Counted from the first letter of the stretch, positions 1-9,865 are shown. The stretch is DNA of 64,000 nt from Thermoplasmata archaeon (GCA_021792255.1 JAJYUZ010000002.1:288001-352000); one strand, 5' to 3'. The notes: generated by a model from the letters alone, not told the origin. A program made the numbers and translations.

Positions 1-359
1 ATATCGGCTTGATAGATCGCTCTCACTGCGATAACTGCGTCATAATATCCATCTTCATATGGAAGGGCGTGCTGATAGTTGAATATCTGGAACGAGGCGC
101 TGCTTTTGGCATTTCGCTGACCTTCGATCGCCTTTTCTATTGCCATCTTTGATCCATCGAAGCCGGTCAGTTCAAATCCTTGGTTCGACAAGAATATTGA
201 ATTTCTCCCAGCCCCACAGTAGAAGTCAAGTATTCTCTTGACAGTATTCGCCTTGAAGAATATGCTCAACTTTTTCATGCTCCGTGATGGAGATTGTTGC
301 CCCAGAAAGTTTCCTTCATAATATGCTTGATAAGGATCTCTTGACGCTTCTTTGTCCAT
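1..359 (-). CDS. Class I SAM-dependent methyltransferase (3' end beyond window start)
   Basis: Not in ORF track; manual translation from ATG at 359 gives MDKEASRD...ILDFYCGAGRNS...LTGFDGSKMAI...LPYEDGYYDAVIAVRAI, i.e. SAM-binding motif I and later motifs. Confidence 0.8.
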   Translation of the reverse strand, partial: MDKEASRDPYQAYYEGNFLGQQSPSRSMKKLSIFFKANTVKRILDFYCGAGRNSIFLSNQGFELTGFDGSKMAIEKAIEGQRNAKSSASFQIFNYQHALPYEDGYYDAVIAVRAIYQAD

Positions 360-508
360 TCCGACTCACTGGTATTTCCTCCTCGTATTCCATTATTGCT
401 ATTGAAATTGATTGCGTATCTAGCTTCCCACCGAGTTTCGAATATTCCAAATTGCTTCGCGTGACCGTTGTTGGTAATGATTAAGTACCGAGCCGTTTTT
501 TGAATTTT

Positions 509-922
509 ATGAGATTCCTTGCGTGGCATGTGGGGAGGTTTAGAGCGGTTCCTTCGGAAAAGGGAAGGTCTCCTATAGTTGAGGATGCGAGAACGGTTGA
601 AACGGAGAACGCCATCTTGGTATTTGCAAACTTCGAGAAGAGTGACGAATCGCATCAACCCGAAATAGTTGCAAAAGCATCCACCGAGATGTCCTCCATA
701 GCTAGCAACCTGAAGGTTGGAAACATCGTACTCAATCCATTTGCCCACCTATTCGCCGAGTCGTCCACTCCAGAGTCTGCAGTCTCTATGTTAAGGGCTC
801 TTGAGACATCTCTTGCAGCGGACGGCTTTCAAGTTCAAAGGCTCGCCTTTGGAATGTTCTACGAGTTGGAGCTAACAGCTAAAGGTCACCGCTATTCAAG
901 GATCGCAAGAAGGGTCGACTAG
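509..922 (+). CDS. Stand-alone archaeal-type ThrRS editing domain (DTD-like fold, putative trans-editing deacylase)
   Basis: NPFAHL and FG...KGH motifs and overall length match the archaeal ThrRS N-terminal editing domain; ATG at 509. Confidence 0.8.
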   Translation: MRFLAWHVGRFRAVPSEKGRSPIVEDARTVETENAILVFANFEKSDESHQPEIVAKASTEMSSIASNLKVGNIVLNPFAHLFAESSTPESAVSMLRALETSLAADGFQVQRLAFGMFYELELTAKGHRYSRIARRVD

Positions 923-1053
923 TAGAACTGATCCTCCCACAATGGTCTGATGTCGCACTTGCTAAAGAATTTCAGCGAACCGATACAGGAACTTATCTTG
1001 TAGTCCTACCTTCAGGTACCTCGGGTAGGGCGTCCGTGAAGCCTGAGATGCGT

Positions 1054-1446
1054 CTAAACCAAGTGCTTTATCTTGCTCTCTTTTATTTTATTTGTGAACA
1101 TTCTCATCTTTTCTGACAGATCATCATCAATGAAGTGCTCAAAGAAGCAAGCTCTTTCCTTTGCCGTTTCCTCATCACATCCCATCAGAGTCAGCAGCTC
1201 ATAGATAGACTTCTCTTTTCTGTTCAGATTCTCGAGCAGTTCCATTCCCTTCTCTGAAAGAGTCATTCCCCTATATTTCTGATAATTGATTAGCCCATCC
1301 TCTGACAGCTTGCTGAGCATCTGAGATACAGATGCAGGGGTTACCTTAAGGAACTGGGCAACCTCTAGGGGCCTTGCGTAACCCTTTTCCCTTATGAAAT
1401 GGTCGATCGATTCCAAATATTTCTCTCTGTCTTCACTGCTTTTCAT
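1054..1446 (-). CDS. DtxR/MntR family metal-dependent transcriptional regulator
   Basis: YLESI...VAQFLKVTPASVSQMLSKL HTH, YQKYRGMTLSEKG, ACFFEH. Confidence 0.85.
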   Translation of the reverse strand: MKSSEDREKYLESIDHFIREKGYARPLEVAQFLKVTPASVSQMLSKLSEDGLINYQKYRGMTLSEKGMELLENLNRKEKSIYELLTLMGCDEETAKERACFFEHFIDDDLSEKMRMFTNKIKESKIKHLV

Positions 1447-1603
1447 TCTACCTAAATAATTTCGGCGAGGTATATCTTTTTTTGTGCACGTATTTGCACA
1501 TCCTGGCGCCTTTCGATCTAACAGAGCAAGTTGCGGACGTGGGATCGTTAAGAATCACAGTATTGAGTCCCAATTATTTAATATCGCAAATCATTCAACG
1601 AAG

Positions 1604-1888
1604 ATGAGAAAATATCCTTGCAGACAGGAAATCACTGAGCAGCTGCTTGAATCCAAGATGAAGGACATTTTCGGTAAGACGGTGAAAAGAGAGAATCACT
1701 ACATTTCTTCTTACTCAGAATCCCTGGAAGTAATTGCCGAAATTACAGGAAAGAAAGAGATATCCGTCGAAACCAAGTCCACTCCAGGAACGGATCAAGA
1801 AATGATCGTAAAGCTCTACAACAAATTTCTTGAGGATGTCACTGGCTACAACGCAAAGGAAAGAAAAAAGATGGTGTCCAAGGGATGA
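1604..1888 (+). CDS. Conserved archaeal hypothetical protein (DUF5611-like)
   Basis: ATG at 1604; C-terminal YNKFLEDVTGYNAKERKK signature; stop overlaps acdA start. Confidence 0.6.
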   Translation: MRKYPCRQEITEQLLESKMKDIFGKTVKRENHYISSYSESLEVIAEITGKKEISVETKSTPGTDQEMIVKLYNKFLEDVTGYNAKERKKMVSKG

Positions 1889-3273
1889 GCATCGACCTCT
1901 TCTCGGTAAACTCGGTATGTCTCATCGGCGCTTCACGAGAAGAAGGCAAAGTAGGGAGTATAATACTGAAGAACCTGAAGAGAAGTTTCAAGGGAGAAAT
2001 TTTGCTAGTTCATCCGACCGCGGATGAAATAGATGGAATCAAGTGTTTCAGGAACGTAGAGGAGATACCCCACAAGATTGATCTTGGGATCATCTCACTT
2101 CCATCCAAGAAGGCAGTCGATGCAGTCAAATCTCTATCGGTAAAAGGATGCAAGATATGCATACCCGTTGCCGGCGGGTTTGGGGAACAGGGAGAAGAAG
2201 GAAAGCAACTAGAAATGGTAATGAAAGAGTTGGCCTCAAAGTATGGGTCCAGAATAATCGGACCTAATTGTGTTGGCGTCATAATTCCGAGGATAGGACT
2301 TAACACCGCCTTGACCAGTGAGGAGAAGAGCAGGTTTCCTTCCGATGGTCCCGTTGGATTTGTTTCTCAGAGCGGCGCACTGGGGCTGCTGACGATAGAC
2401 GAATTTTCCGATTTCGGAGTAGGGTTTTCATCTTTTATTTCGCTGGGTAACGAAATAGACGTAGACGAAACGGATGCAATTGAGACATTGGGAATGGACG
2501 ATGGAACAAAGTCCATTGCCCTTTACATAGAGAAGATTGCAAGAATAGATGACTTCCTGAAAGCGTGCAAGAAAGTCTCTCCGAGCAAAGGCATAGTCAC
2601 GCTCAAGGGTGGACAGACAGATTCTGGGAACAGAGCGACTTCACTCCACACGGGCTCACTTCTCAAGACAAGTTTTTCTCTAAACGGTATTTTCAGGCAA
2701 AATGGAATTATACAGGCGTCAAATGAAATAGAACTGATGGATTACGCGTCCGTATTAGCGCTTGGGAAACCAATATGGGGAAAGAGAGTAGCAGTAGTCT
2801 CCTCTGCAGGAGGAGTAGGCGTGATCGCCACAGATACGCTAGAAAACCAGGGCTTCAAGGTGGGCAGAACCTCAGACGAACTTGCGTCTGAGATAAGGTC
2901 TAAAATCTCCCCGATTGGTTCGCCTTATAACCCAATTGATATGACCGCCGAAGCTACCAACTTCCAGTATGAAAGCGTGATTAATCAAATAGACAAATCC
3001 GGCGAATTCGATTCAATTTTAGCTTTTGTTTTGTTCCAGACGTTTGGGGTCACTGAGGATATCATCGAATTTCTGAAAAGTTACAACAAGACAGGGAATA
3101 CTCCTATCGTGATTGGAGCAGTGGGGGGAGAATACACGAGGAAAACAATGAGGAAGATGATCGAGAACGGAGTTCCAACGTATCCATCAATTTCAAGAAG
3201 CGTTGCCGCTCTAAAAACTCTGGAGGAAAGGGGAGAGTACCTTAGGAGATTCGAAAATGCCAGTAGTTCCTGA
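1885..3273 (+). CDS. acdA: Acetate/acyl-CoA ligase (ADP-forming) alpha subunit
   Basis: CoA-binding IGAS...GKVG, IIGPNCVG, SQSGALG, SLHTG phospho-His, NPIDMT. Confidence 0.9.
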   Translation: MSIDLFSVNSVCLIGASREEGKVGSIILKNLKRSFKGEILLVHPTADEIDGIKCFRNVEEIPHKIDLGIISLPSKKAVDAVKSLSVKGCKICIPVAGGFGEQGEEGKQLEMVMKELASKYGSRIIGPNCVGVIIPRIGLNTALTSEEKSRFPSDGPVGFVSQSGALGLLTIDEFSDFGVGFSSFISLGNEIDVDETDAIETLGMDDGTKSIALYIEKIARIDDFLKACKKVSPSKGIVTLKGGQTDSGNRATSLHTGSLLKTSFSLNGIFRQNGIIQASNEIELMDYASVLALGKPIWGKRVAVVSSAGGVGVIATDTLENQGFKVGRTSDELASEIRSKISPIGSPYNPIDMTAEATNFQYESVINQIDKSGEFDSILAFVLFQTFGVTEDIIEFLKSYNKTGNTPIVIGAVGGEYTRKTMRKMIENGVPTYPSISRSVAALKTLEERGEYLRRFENASSS

Positions 3274-3862
3274 ATTGGAATTCAAAACTATGCTAGATAA
3301 GATGGGCTTCCACCAACCAAAGCGCTTCTTGATAAACGACCGGGAGGATTACAAGGGAGAATTTCCCTCAGTCCTCAAAGTTAGTTCGGAAACAATAACT
3401 CACAAAACAGAGATCGGAGCAGTGGTTGGAGACATCAAGACAAGACAGGACTTCAAGGAAGTTCTGAAGGATATGAAGAGAAAGTTTCCGGGGGAAACAC
3501 TTTATGCAGAAGAAATGGCTAAGAAAGGAGTTGAGCTCATTATTGGGCTCATAAAGGATCCGATGTTCGGAAAGCTCTTGTTATTTGGAGTGGGCGGTTT
3601 CTATTCAGAGCTCATAAGGGACGTGACATTTAAGAGAGTTCCAATAGACAGATATGATGCTGAGGATCTTCTCGGAGAGTTGAAATTTAACAGAGTATTT
3701 GATGGCTACAGAGGCCACAAGGTAAACAAGGAAATCCTGATAGACCTCCTCCTGAAAATCTCAGATTTTTCTATCAAGAATGAGTTCTCGCAGATAGATT
3801 TCAACCCAGTTTTTCTGTACGAGGACGGGTACCTTATCATAGATGCCAAATTGGTAGTTTAG
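3257..3862 (+). CDS. acdB: Acetate/acyl-CoA ligase (ADP-forming) beta (ATP-grasp) subunit
   Basis: HKTEIGAV, ELIIG..DPMFG..FGVGG, DFNPV; overlaps acdA. Confidence 0.85.
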   Translation: MPVVPELEFKTMLDKMGFHQPKRFLINDREDYKGEFPSVLKVSSETITHKTEIGAVVGDIKTRQDFKEVLKDMKRKFPGETLYAEEMAKKGVELIIGLIKDPMFGKLLLFGVGGFYSELIRDVTFKRVPIDRYDAEDLLGELKFNRVFDGYRGHKVNKEILIDLLLKISDFSIKNEFSQIDFNPVFLYEDGYLIIDAKLVV

Positions 3863-3967
3863 TACTATTGGAAAACCCGTCCGTGAATTATTCACTTTCC
3901 ATAAAGGGTTGAAAATTTGACTGACCAAGAAGCATAGGCCGCTTATCCAACTAGTTCTCTCTACTTC

Positions 3968-4933
3968 TTAACTCTCGTCTTTTGCAAACTTCAGAAGTAC
4001 CCTTCCGTCTCTATTTCCATATTCCGCTATTGCTTTTTCATATTCTTTGAAATCATACACTTTCCAGAGCCTACTTTTGATGCGATTCTCAGAGACCAGT
4101 TTTATCAGTTCTGTGAATTCTTTTCTGGTGCCTCCGGTCGATCCAATGATCGATCGCTCTCCCGTATACAGGTGAGCGAGATTCACTTTCACTTCTCTCC
4201 CAGTGAGTGTTCCGAAAGTAACAATCCTCCCATTAGTTTCCAAATAATCCACGTACGGCTCCCAAGCCTCGGCACCCATTGAATTGACTATCACATCCAC
4301 TTTCTCCTGCTTCCATTCAGATGCATTGGTTTCAGCGACCCATTTCTTTCTAGAGACGTAGTATACTGTTGCACCCATCAGTTTTCCAAGGACGACGGAA
4401 TACCATCCAGTATTTCCAGATGCACCAATTACCAGCAGTTTTTCACCGCTCTTCACACCTACCCTCTTGAGTGCGTGATAAGCGGTCAGGCCACCCACCG
4501 GGATCGAAACTGCATCCTCAAAGCTCAAGGAATCGGGGAGAAGTTCCAGATGAGCTTCGTCAGTTCCATAGAATTCAGAAAATCCTCCATTTTCTCCCAC
4601 CCCCAAAACTCCTCCAGTCTTGCATAGCTCCTCCATTCCAGATCTGCATCTTTCACACGTTCCATCATAGATTCGAGGATAGATCAGAACCCTATCACCG
4701 ACCTTGAATTTCTTGGATGAGGAAACACTCTTTACAACTCCAACGAACTCTGCTCCTGGTATATGGGGATATGGAGCTATGTTGTAGTTCACCTTACCAA
4801 GTATTACATTTATGTCCACCGGGTTCAAGCCAGCGTAAACGACCTTTACTACCACTGGACTCTTTGGGTTCTCTACCTCCTCTACCTTCGTATTCTCTAG
4901 TCCTCCGGGTCTCCTTAGCAATAATGCCTTCAC
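3968..4933 (-). CDS. MDR family zinc-binding alcohol dehydrogenase/quinone oxidoreductase
   Basis: GLNPVD, IPGAEFVG, DGTCERCRSGMEELC structural Zn loop, GASGNTG. Confidence 0.85.
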   Translation of the reverse strand: MKALLLRRPGGLENTKVEEVENPKSPVVVKVVYAGLNPVDINVILGKVNYNIAPYPHIPGAEFVGVVKSVSSSKKFKVGDRVLIYPRIYDGTCERCRSGMEELCKTGGVLGVGENGGFSEFYGTDEAHLELLPDSLSFEDAVSIPVGGLTAYHALKRVGVKSGEKLLVIGASGNTGWYSVVLGKLMGATVYYVSRKKWVAETNASEWKQEKVDVIVNSMGAEAWEPYVDYLETNGRIVTFGTLTGREVKVNLAHLYTGERSIIGSTGGTRKEFTELIKLVSENRIKSRLWKVYDFKEYEKAIAEYGNRDGRVLLKFAKDES

Positions 4934-5090
4934 CGTTTTTTATCAAATTGTGGTTAATTAGACCTTTGCTGTGAGAGAGTGTTCGAAAGAATAGAACCCA
5001 GGTAGCTACCAAAAGCTCCCAAGACTGCAGGAGCCTAATTTATAATTAGCACATCAGCAAAAACTTAAACCATGGAGACATTAACTTTTC

Positions 5091-6416
5091 ATGGTATATG
5101 ACGCACAAGAAATCATCAAGATTTCAGAGCAAAAGGATTTGAAATATTTTTATCTCCAGTTCACAGATATTCGCGGGACACCAAAGTCAGTCATGCTTCC
5201 AAGAAACAGGTTAGAAAAAATCCTGGAGGAGGGAGTGCTTTTTGATGGCTCTTCAATCCTTGGTTATGCCACAATTGAAGAAAGTGACATGAGGGCGTTT
5301 CCGGATTACTCCTCCTTTGAAATTCTACCTTGGGCTGTAGATGGAGGTAGGGCTGCCAGATTCGTGTGTTCAATAATGAAACCAGATGGAACTCCCTTTA
5401 AAGGGGATCCGCGTTACATCCTCCAGCAACAACTCTCGAGAATAGAAAAGAAGGGGATGCAATTCTTTGTCGGCCCCGAGTTTGAGTTTTTTTTGCTAGA
5501 GCAAAAGGATGGGAAGTACCAGCCACACGATACGGGAGGCTACTTCACGTTCGGTCCTCTCGACAAGGGAGAAATAGTGAAGAAGGAGATACTCAATTAT
5601 CTGGATTTCTTGGGTTACATGCCAGAGGCAGCCCATCACGAAGTATCTCCAGGGCAACACGAAATAGATTTGAGATACGCTCCAGCTCTTTTTATGGCCG
5701 ATAGAATCATAACGATGAGAACAGCAATAAAGACGGTAGCGGCAAGATTCGGTCTCTATGCTACTTTTATGCCCAAACCGTTCTTTGGCATAAATGGCAC
5801 TGGAATGCATATACATCAAAGCTTGATGACATCTTCAGAAGATCAGAACTTCTTCTGGGATGAAAAAGACAAGAACGGGCTGTCTGAAATGGCGTACCAT
5901 TATCTCGCGGGTGTGCTTTCTCACGCGGTTGAACTCTCACCGATATTTGCCTCTTGGGTAAACTCCTACAAGAGATTGGTGCCAGGGTATGAGGCCCCAG
6001 TCTACATAGCGTGGGGCACTAAGAACAGATCTGCGCTCATAAGAATTCCTGCAGGCGACAAGATCAAGAAGCGTTTCGAATTCAGGGCTCCTGACTCAGC
6101 GGGAAATCCGTACCTGCAGTTTGCCACTATACTGGCAGCCGGACTGGATGGCATAGAGAAGAAGAAAGAATGCCCGGATCCGACCGAGCTGGACATCTTC
6201 CACCTTTCACAGAAACAGAGAGATTCGATGGGAATTGGCTCGCTGCCTGAATCTCTGGGAGAGGCGCTTCATCATCTTAGAAATAGCGAATTCATGAGGG
6301 AAGTGCTGGGAGAACATATCTACAACAATTTCCTTTACATAAAACAGAAAGAGTGGGACGAATTCAGGTCGTACGTGACCGACTGGGAGATCAACAATCT
6401 GCTCCCCATCCTTTGA
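5091..6416 (+). CDS. glnA: Glutamine synthetase type I
   Basis: FDGSSI, HHEVSPGQHEI, TFMPKP, NGTGMHIHQS, NSYKRLVPGYEAP, NRSALIRIP. Confidence 0.97.
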   Translation: MVYDAQEIIKISEQKDLKYFYLQFTDIRGTPKSVMLPRNRLEKILEEGVLFDGSSILGYATIEESDMRAFPDYSSFEILPWAVDGGRAARFVCSIMKPDGTPFKGDPRYILQQQLSRIEKKGMQFFVGPEFEFFLLEQKDGKYQPHDTGGYFTFGPLDKGEIVKKEILNYLDFLGYMPEAAHHEVSPGQHEIDLRYAPALFMADRIITMRTAIKTVAARFGLYATFMPKPFFGINGTGMHIHQSLMTSSEDQNFFWDEKDKNGLSEMAYHYLAGVLSHAVELSPIFASWVNSYKRLVPGYEAPVYIAWGTKNRSALIRIPAGDKIKKRFEFRAPDSAGNPYLQFATILAAGLDGIEKKKECPDPTELDIFHLSQKQRDSMGIGSLPESLGEALHHLRNSEFMREVLGEHIYNNFLYIKQKEWDEFRSYVTDWEINNLLPIL

Positions 6417-6465
6417 AGTCTTCGGGGAGTAGTTAACATTAATATCCTTCATAAATTCAGATTGA

Positions 6466-6538
6466 GGGCTCGTGGTCTAGCGGCTATGACGTCGCCCTTA
6501 CAAGGCGGAGACCGCCGGTTCGAATCCGGCCGGGCCCA
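6466..6538 (+). tRNA. tRNA-Val(TAC)
   Basis: GGGCTCG acceptor/CGGGCCC-A, anticodon loop CTTACAA, T-arm GGTTCGAATCC. Confidence 0.93.
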
Positions 6539-6851
6539 TCTGTCATTTGATGATTGAAACTCCGGACCATAGCAAGAGACGAATGACTTACCAAGTCCAA
6601 TTAGTCCTTTCAGTCTTTGTTGGGCCTGAAATCCCGAGCACACAGTCGAGTGCAATAGATTCCCGTTAGAAAGAGCCGTACTAAGACGGACGAGGGGGAA
6701 CTGCAAACTTACGATGCCTCTCTGGCTATCGACGTGATCTGATTTTGCATGGAGAATTCTCGACCTATCTTTTTTCTTAAAACTCGTTATTTGTCTCCAA
6801 ATTAGCTACTAATCACACTATTTGACGGTTTCAAAAACCTTCCAGCCTATC

Positions 6852-7080
6852 TTATTCTTCTTTGTCTTTTTGACTTCCCATCACTGATGGCAGGGGTAAC
6901 TTCGTTCCTATTATGATCTTTCTTACCCTTTCTGGATCTCCCTTCGTCTTGAGCAGTGTTTCTTTTGCCGTCTGCCACAACTCACCCTTGCTTGTGGGAC
7001 AGAAGTTTGGAAGTTCCTGATATTTCAGTGCGTCTCATATCCACTCATCGGGATTGAGTTCAGGGGAATATACAGGAATT
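6852..7080 (-). pseudogene. IS630-family transposase C-terminal remnant
   Basis: Manual translation IPVYSPELNPDEWI*DALKYQELPNFCPTSK...DPERVRKIIIGTKLPLP; YSPELNPxE is the IS630 third-acidic-residue motif; internal stop. Confidence 0.8.
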
Positions 7081-7081
7081 A

Positions 7082-7216
7082 GCCAATTTCTGTCCAACAA
7101 GTGAAGAAGAACTTACAACAGCTGTCACAAACACGATGACCAAGCTGAAGAATGATCCTGAGAGGATCAGGAGGGCAATAAGGGGATCGAAACTTCCTCT
7201 ACCTGCCTTAACGTGA
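7082..7216 (+). pseudogene. Second IS630-family transposase extreme C-terminal remnant
   Basis: ANFCPTSEEELTTAVTNTMTKLKNDPERIRRAIRGSKLPLPALT* is homologous to the tail of the minus-strand remnant (NFCPTS..EL..DPER..G.KLPLP). Confidence 0.7.
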
Positions 7217-7328
7217 ATAGATTAAACCAAAGTGGAACAATATGAGATTGCCTATTACAAGTAGTTTGTCTTTAAGATTTCAATTACGCTTTCAGTCTTA
7301 ACACAGTTTTCTTTCCCTATAAAATCAG

Positions 7329-7625
7329 TTAATAATGATAGACCCTGATTGAGATCATTGCAAGAAGGATTATCGTTACCAGAATCAGAGTCAGGGTAAG
7401 TATACCCACAGTGTGAAGATGCCTGCTCTTCCTTAATAAAAAATAAAGCATAAAGAACATTATAGCGATGATCAATAAACCTACTACTTCAATATTTAAG
7501 TACCCTTGGTTACCAGAGAAAGGGAGTATAAATAGTGAAGAAGCTACAACCCAAGCTAGAATAGAGAAAATAGGGTAGAAAAGGAAAAAAATCTTACGAT
7601 TTCCAGCCGAAGAGTTTCTGTACAT
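7329..7625 (-). CDS. Small membrane protein (about 3 TM), AT-rich
   Basis: Three hydrophobic segments; begins 6 nt after the peptidase-like gene. Confidence 0.6.
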   Translation of the reverse strand: MYRNSSAGNRKIFFLFYPIFSILAWVVASSLFILPFSGNQGYLNIEVVGLLIIAIMFFMLYFLLRKSRHLHTVGILTLTLILVTIILLAMISIRVYHY

Positions 7626-7631
7626 GATAAC

Positions 7632-8852
7632 CTATCCATTTACGTACGTCCAGTTGTAATAGGAATTTGACCATGTGACTTCTGGGTAATTTCCATTATC
7701 GCTTATCCATCCTTCCTGTGTATTGTAATCGTTGTTAGAGTTTTGAAGAAGGGTGTATTGATTATAGTATCCAGTCGTATAAAGCGTCCAGAGACTTGAT
7801 CCTGCTGAGTTTTGGAGGAAATATCCAGAGGACAGGAACTCCGATTCTGAAAACTCTGGGATCTGCACTATCCAGGTTTTAAGGTCTTGTGTTATTGTTG
7901 GCGCTTCAGTAATGAACTCAATATAGTAGGGTACAAACGTAGGGTCGCTGGAAGACGTACTGACCGCGTACTCCGTACTTGTATTGTAGATGTAAGCCTC
8001 AAATTCAAACCCAGGATTGCCATAGAATACGTAGAAGTTTATATCCCATCCCGGGTTCAGATTGGGCGCACCTGGGTAATTGTACGAAGCTGCAGGATAA
8101 TCTTCGTACCATATGTAGTAAGGACCCCATGACGGCCCCTCAAAAAGGTTTCCGAAATAGTTTCTTTCGTACCAAGTTTGAGCTAGCCCTGTAACTCCGT
8201 TTCCATTTCCTCCCGGTCCTGGTGCCAATGAGTCCCATGTCGCATCAGACTCGTAATTGTTATTCGGGTTTTGGCCGGTGGGGGGAGATTCTATCGTAGA
8301 AACTGGTGTTTCTGCGTACACATAAGAGATTGCTTCATGCGATGGGTCATAGAATTCCCATCCGGACCAGTTTGTTGACGTGCTTGTATACTGATATGTT
8401 TCGTGAAAGAAGCTGACGTTCGCAGATTTGGCCAACCAGCCTTGATTGCTTGCACCCCATTCGAGTTCCATTATTGTCCCATTATGAACACTGACCAGTC
8501 TAACATAAACTGATAGATTACTGTCGCTGAAGTTGTAGGAAATTCCCCACTGAAAATTCGTAGTTAAATTCCTGTTGTTGTAATTGTTTAGGAAGGAAGA
8601 ATTAAGCAAAGTCGAAGTTGTAGAAACTACTTCCGAGTACAGTGTTCGATTGTCGAGATTAATTCCTAATCTACTGGCTTGTGTTGTAATAGCGCCCACA
8701 TTATTTTCAATTTGGTGATTGCCTAGCAAGGCAGTCACGCCAACAGAAGTTTCCTGCGCGTGAGTGACAGAGGCAACGGAAGCAGAAAAAATAAAAATCA
8801 GTGCTAAGACAAAGACTAAAAGCATCCTTAGCAACTTAATCATAACTAACAA
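7632..8852 (-). CDS. Secreted G1-family (eqolisin-like) glutamic peptidase-like protein
   Basis: Signal peptide, then STNWSGW, ATW, LAQT, YYIWYEDYP, IEFITEAP, QIPEF in G1 order. Confidence 0.65.
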   Translation of the reverse strand: MLVMIKLLRMLLVFVLALIFIFSASVASVTHAQETSVGVTALLGNHQIENNVGAITTQASRLGINLDNRTLYSEVVSTTSTLLNSSFLNNYNNRNLTTNFQWGISYNFSDSNLSVYVRLVSVHNGTIMELEWGASNQGWLAKSANVSFFHETYQYTSTSTNWSGWEFYDPSHEAISYVYAETPVSTIESPPTGQNPNNNYESDATWDSLAPGPGGNGNGVTGLAQTWYERNYFGNLFEGPSWGPYYIWYEDYPAASYNYPGAPNLNPGWDINFYVFYGNPGFEFEAYIYNTSTEYAVSTSSSDPTFVPYYIEFITEAPTITQDLKTWIVQIPEFSESEFLSSGYFLQNSAGSSLWTLYTTGYYNQYTLLQNSNNDYNTQEGWISDNGNYPEVTWSNSYYNWTYVNG

Positions 8853-8929
8853 TTTCTAACAAACTAATGAATCTGTCGGACTTCTGCCATAGCGGGTTAA
8901 AAGACGCCTGAATTGTGAAGAAATTAAAC

Positions 8930-9865
8930 AAAAGTGGAATAGATACGATAGAGAAGAGAGATAAAAAAAAGTTTGGAGCAAGTACAATCCGTCACTCGTC
9001 AGGAGGATAGACATCCTCACGGACACATCTTTCCTTGATTCCTGGAACGATGACGTAGAGAGGGAGAACGATGGCAAGGTAGGCCACCCTTATGAATATC
9101 CGAAAGAATTCTTCGTCTTCCTCTCGAAGGCGAGGGAACTGTGGAACATCCCGTTCAGGGAGCTGGAGGGGTTCGTGAGGAAATTGTCAGAACTCACTGG
9201 GAAGTTCAAGCCGTTGAGCTACGTCGCCATATTCCAGCGCATAAGGGGTATCCCCATTTCAGGTATGATAGAGGAGATCAACGGTTCCTCAAGGGACGGG
9301 ATGACCGTTATAATCGACTCCTCCGGGTTGAAGATCACACAGAGGGGCGATTGGCTGACCAACAAGTGGCATACGAAGAGGAAAGGGTGGCTGAAGATTC
9401 ACGTCGCTATAGATGCGGAGAGGATGAACGTCGTCTCACTCACGGTAAGTAAGGAGTTTGCACATGACACGAAGGAGTTCCGCAAACTCCTCTACCCTGT
9501 GGCGGGTAGAGCATCGTCAGTCTACGGGGATGGAGCGTACGGCAGCAGGGGAATCGGGGCGGTGATACCACCACGCAGCGGTTCAAGGTCGCTCTCCAGG
9601 AGTGGAGGTCCGGCAAGAGGCAGGGTGGTGAGGCGCATCAGGAAGATCGGTCTTGAAGAGTGGAAGAAGGAGGTGCAGTACGGCAAGAGGTGGAGGGTGG
9701 AAATATTCTTCTCAGCCTTAAAGCGCACCGTTGGAGAGATCATAATGGCAAACAAGCTGGTCTACCAGATACAGGAAGCTGTGATGAAGATATACGCATA
9801 TTTCCTGATGAAAAAGAACACCGTGGTGAGTTGAGTTGATTGTCATTTACAATTGCTTAACACAC
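8930..9865 (+). mobile_element. IS5-family (IS903-like) element, degenerate transposase
   Basis: Frame from 8974 reads WSKYNPSLVRR...IIDSSGLK...WLKIHVAID...YGDGAY...YGKRWRVEIFFSALKR; in-frame TAA at 8962 removes the start; apparent deletion after DGAYGSR; higher GC than flanks. Confidence 0.85.

Noticed and set aside
275-748. 157-aa minus-strand ORF and the many other antisense ORFs in the track
   Set aside because: They overlap well-supported genes on the opposite strand or frame and show no motifs; treated as shadow ORFs
1002-1031. Hairpin GTCCTACC...GGTAGGGC between convergent genes
   Set aside because: Short stem, no U-tract or box C/D pair; not enough to call an ncRNA or terminator
6520-6538. 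att-like duplication of the tRNA-Val 3' end
   Set aside because: No second copy noticed in the window, so no integrative element boundary is called
6449-6706. 85-aa ORF containing WARPDSNRRSPPCKGDV
   Set aside because: Antisense translation of tRNA-Val; the same applies to the ORFs at 58322 and 58338 over tRNA-Ala
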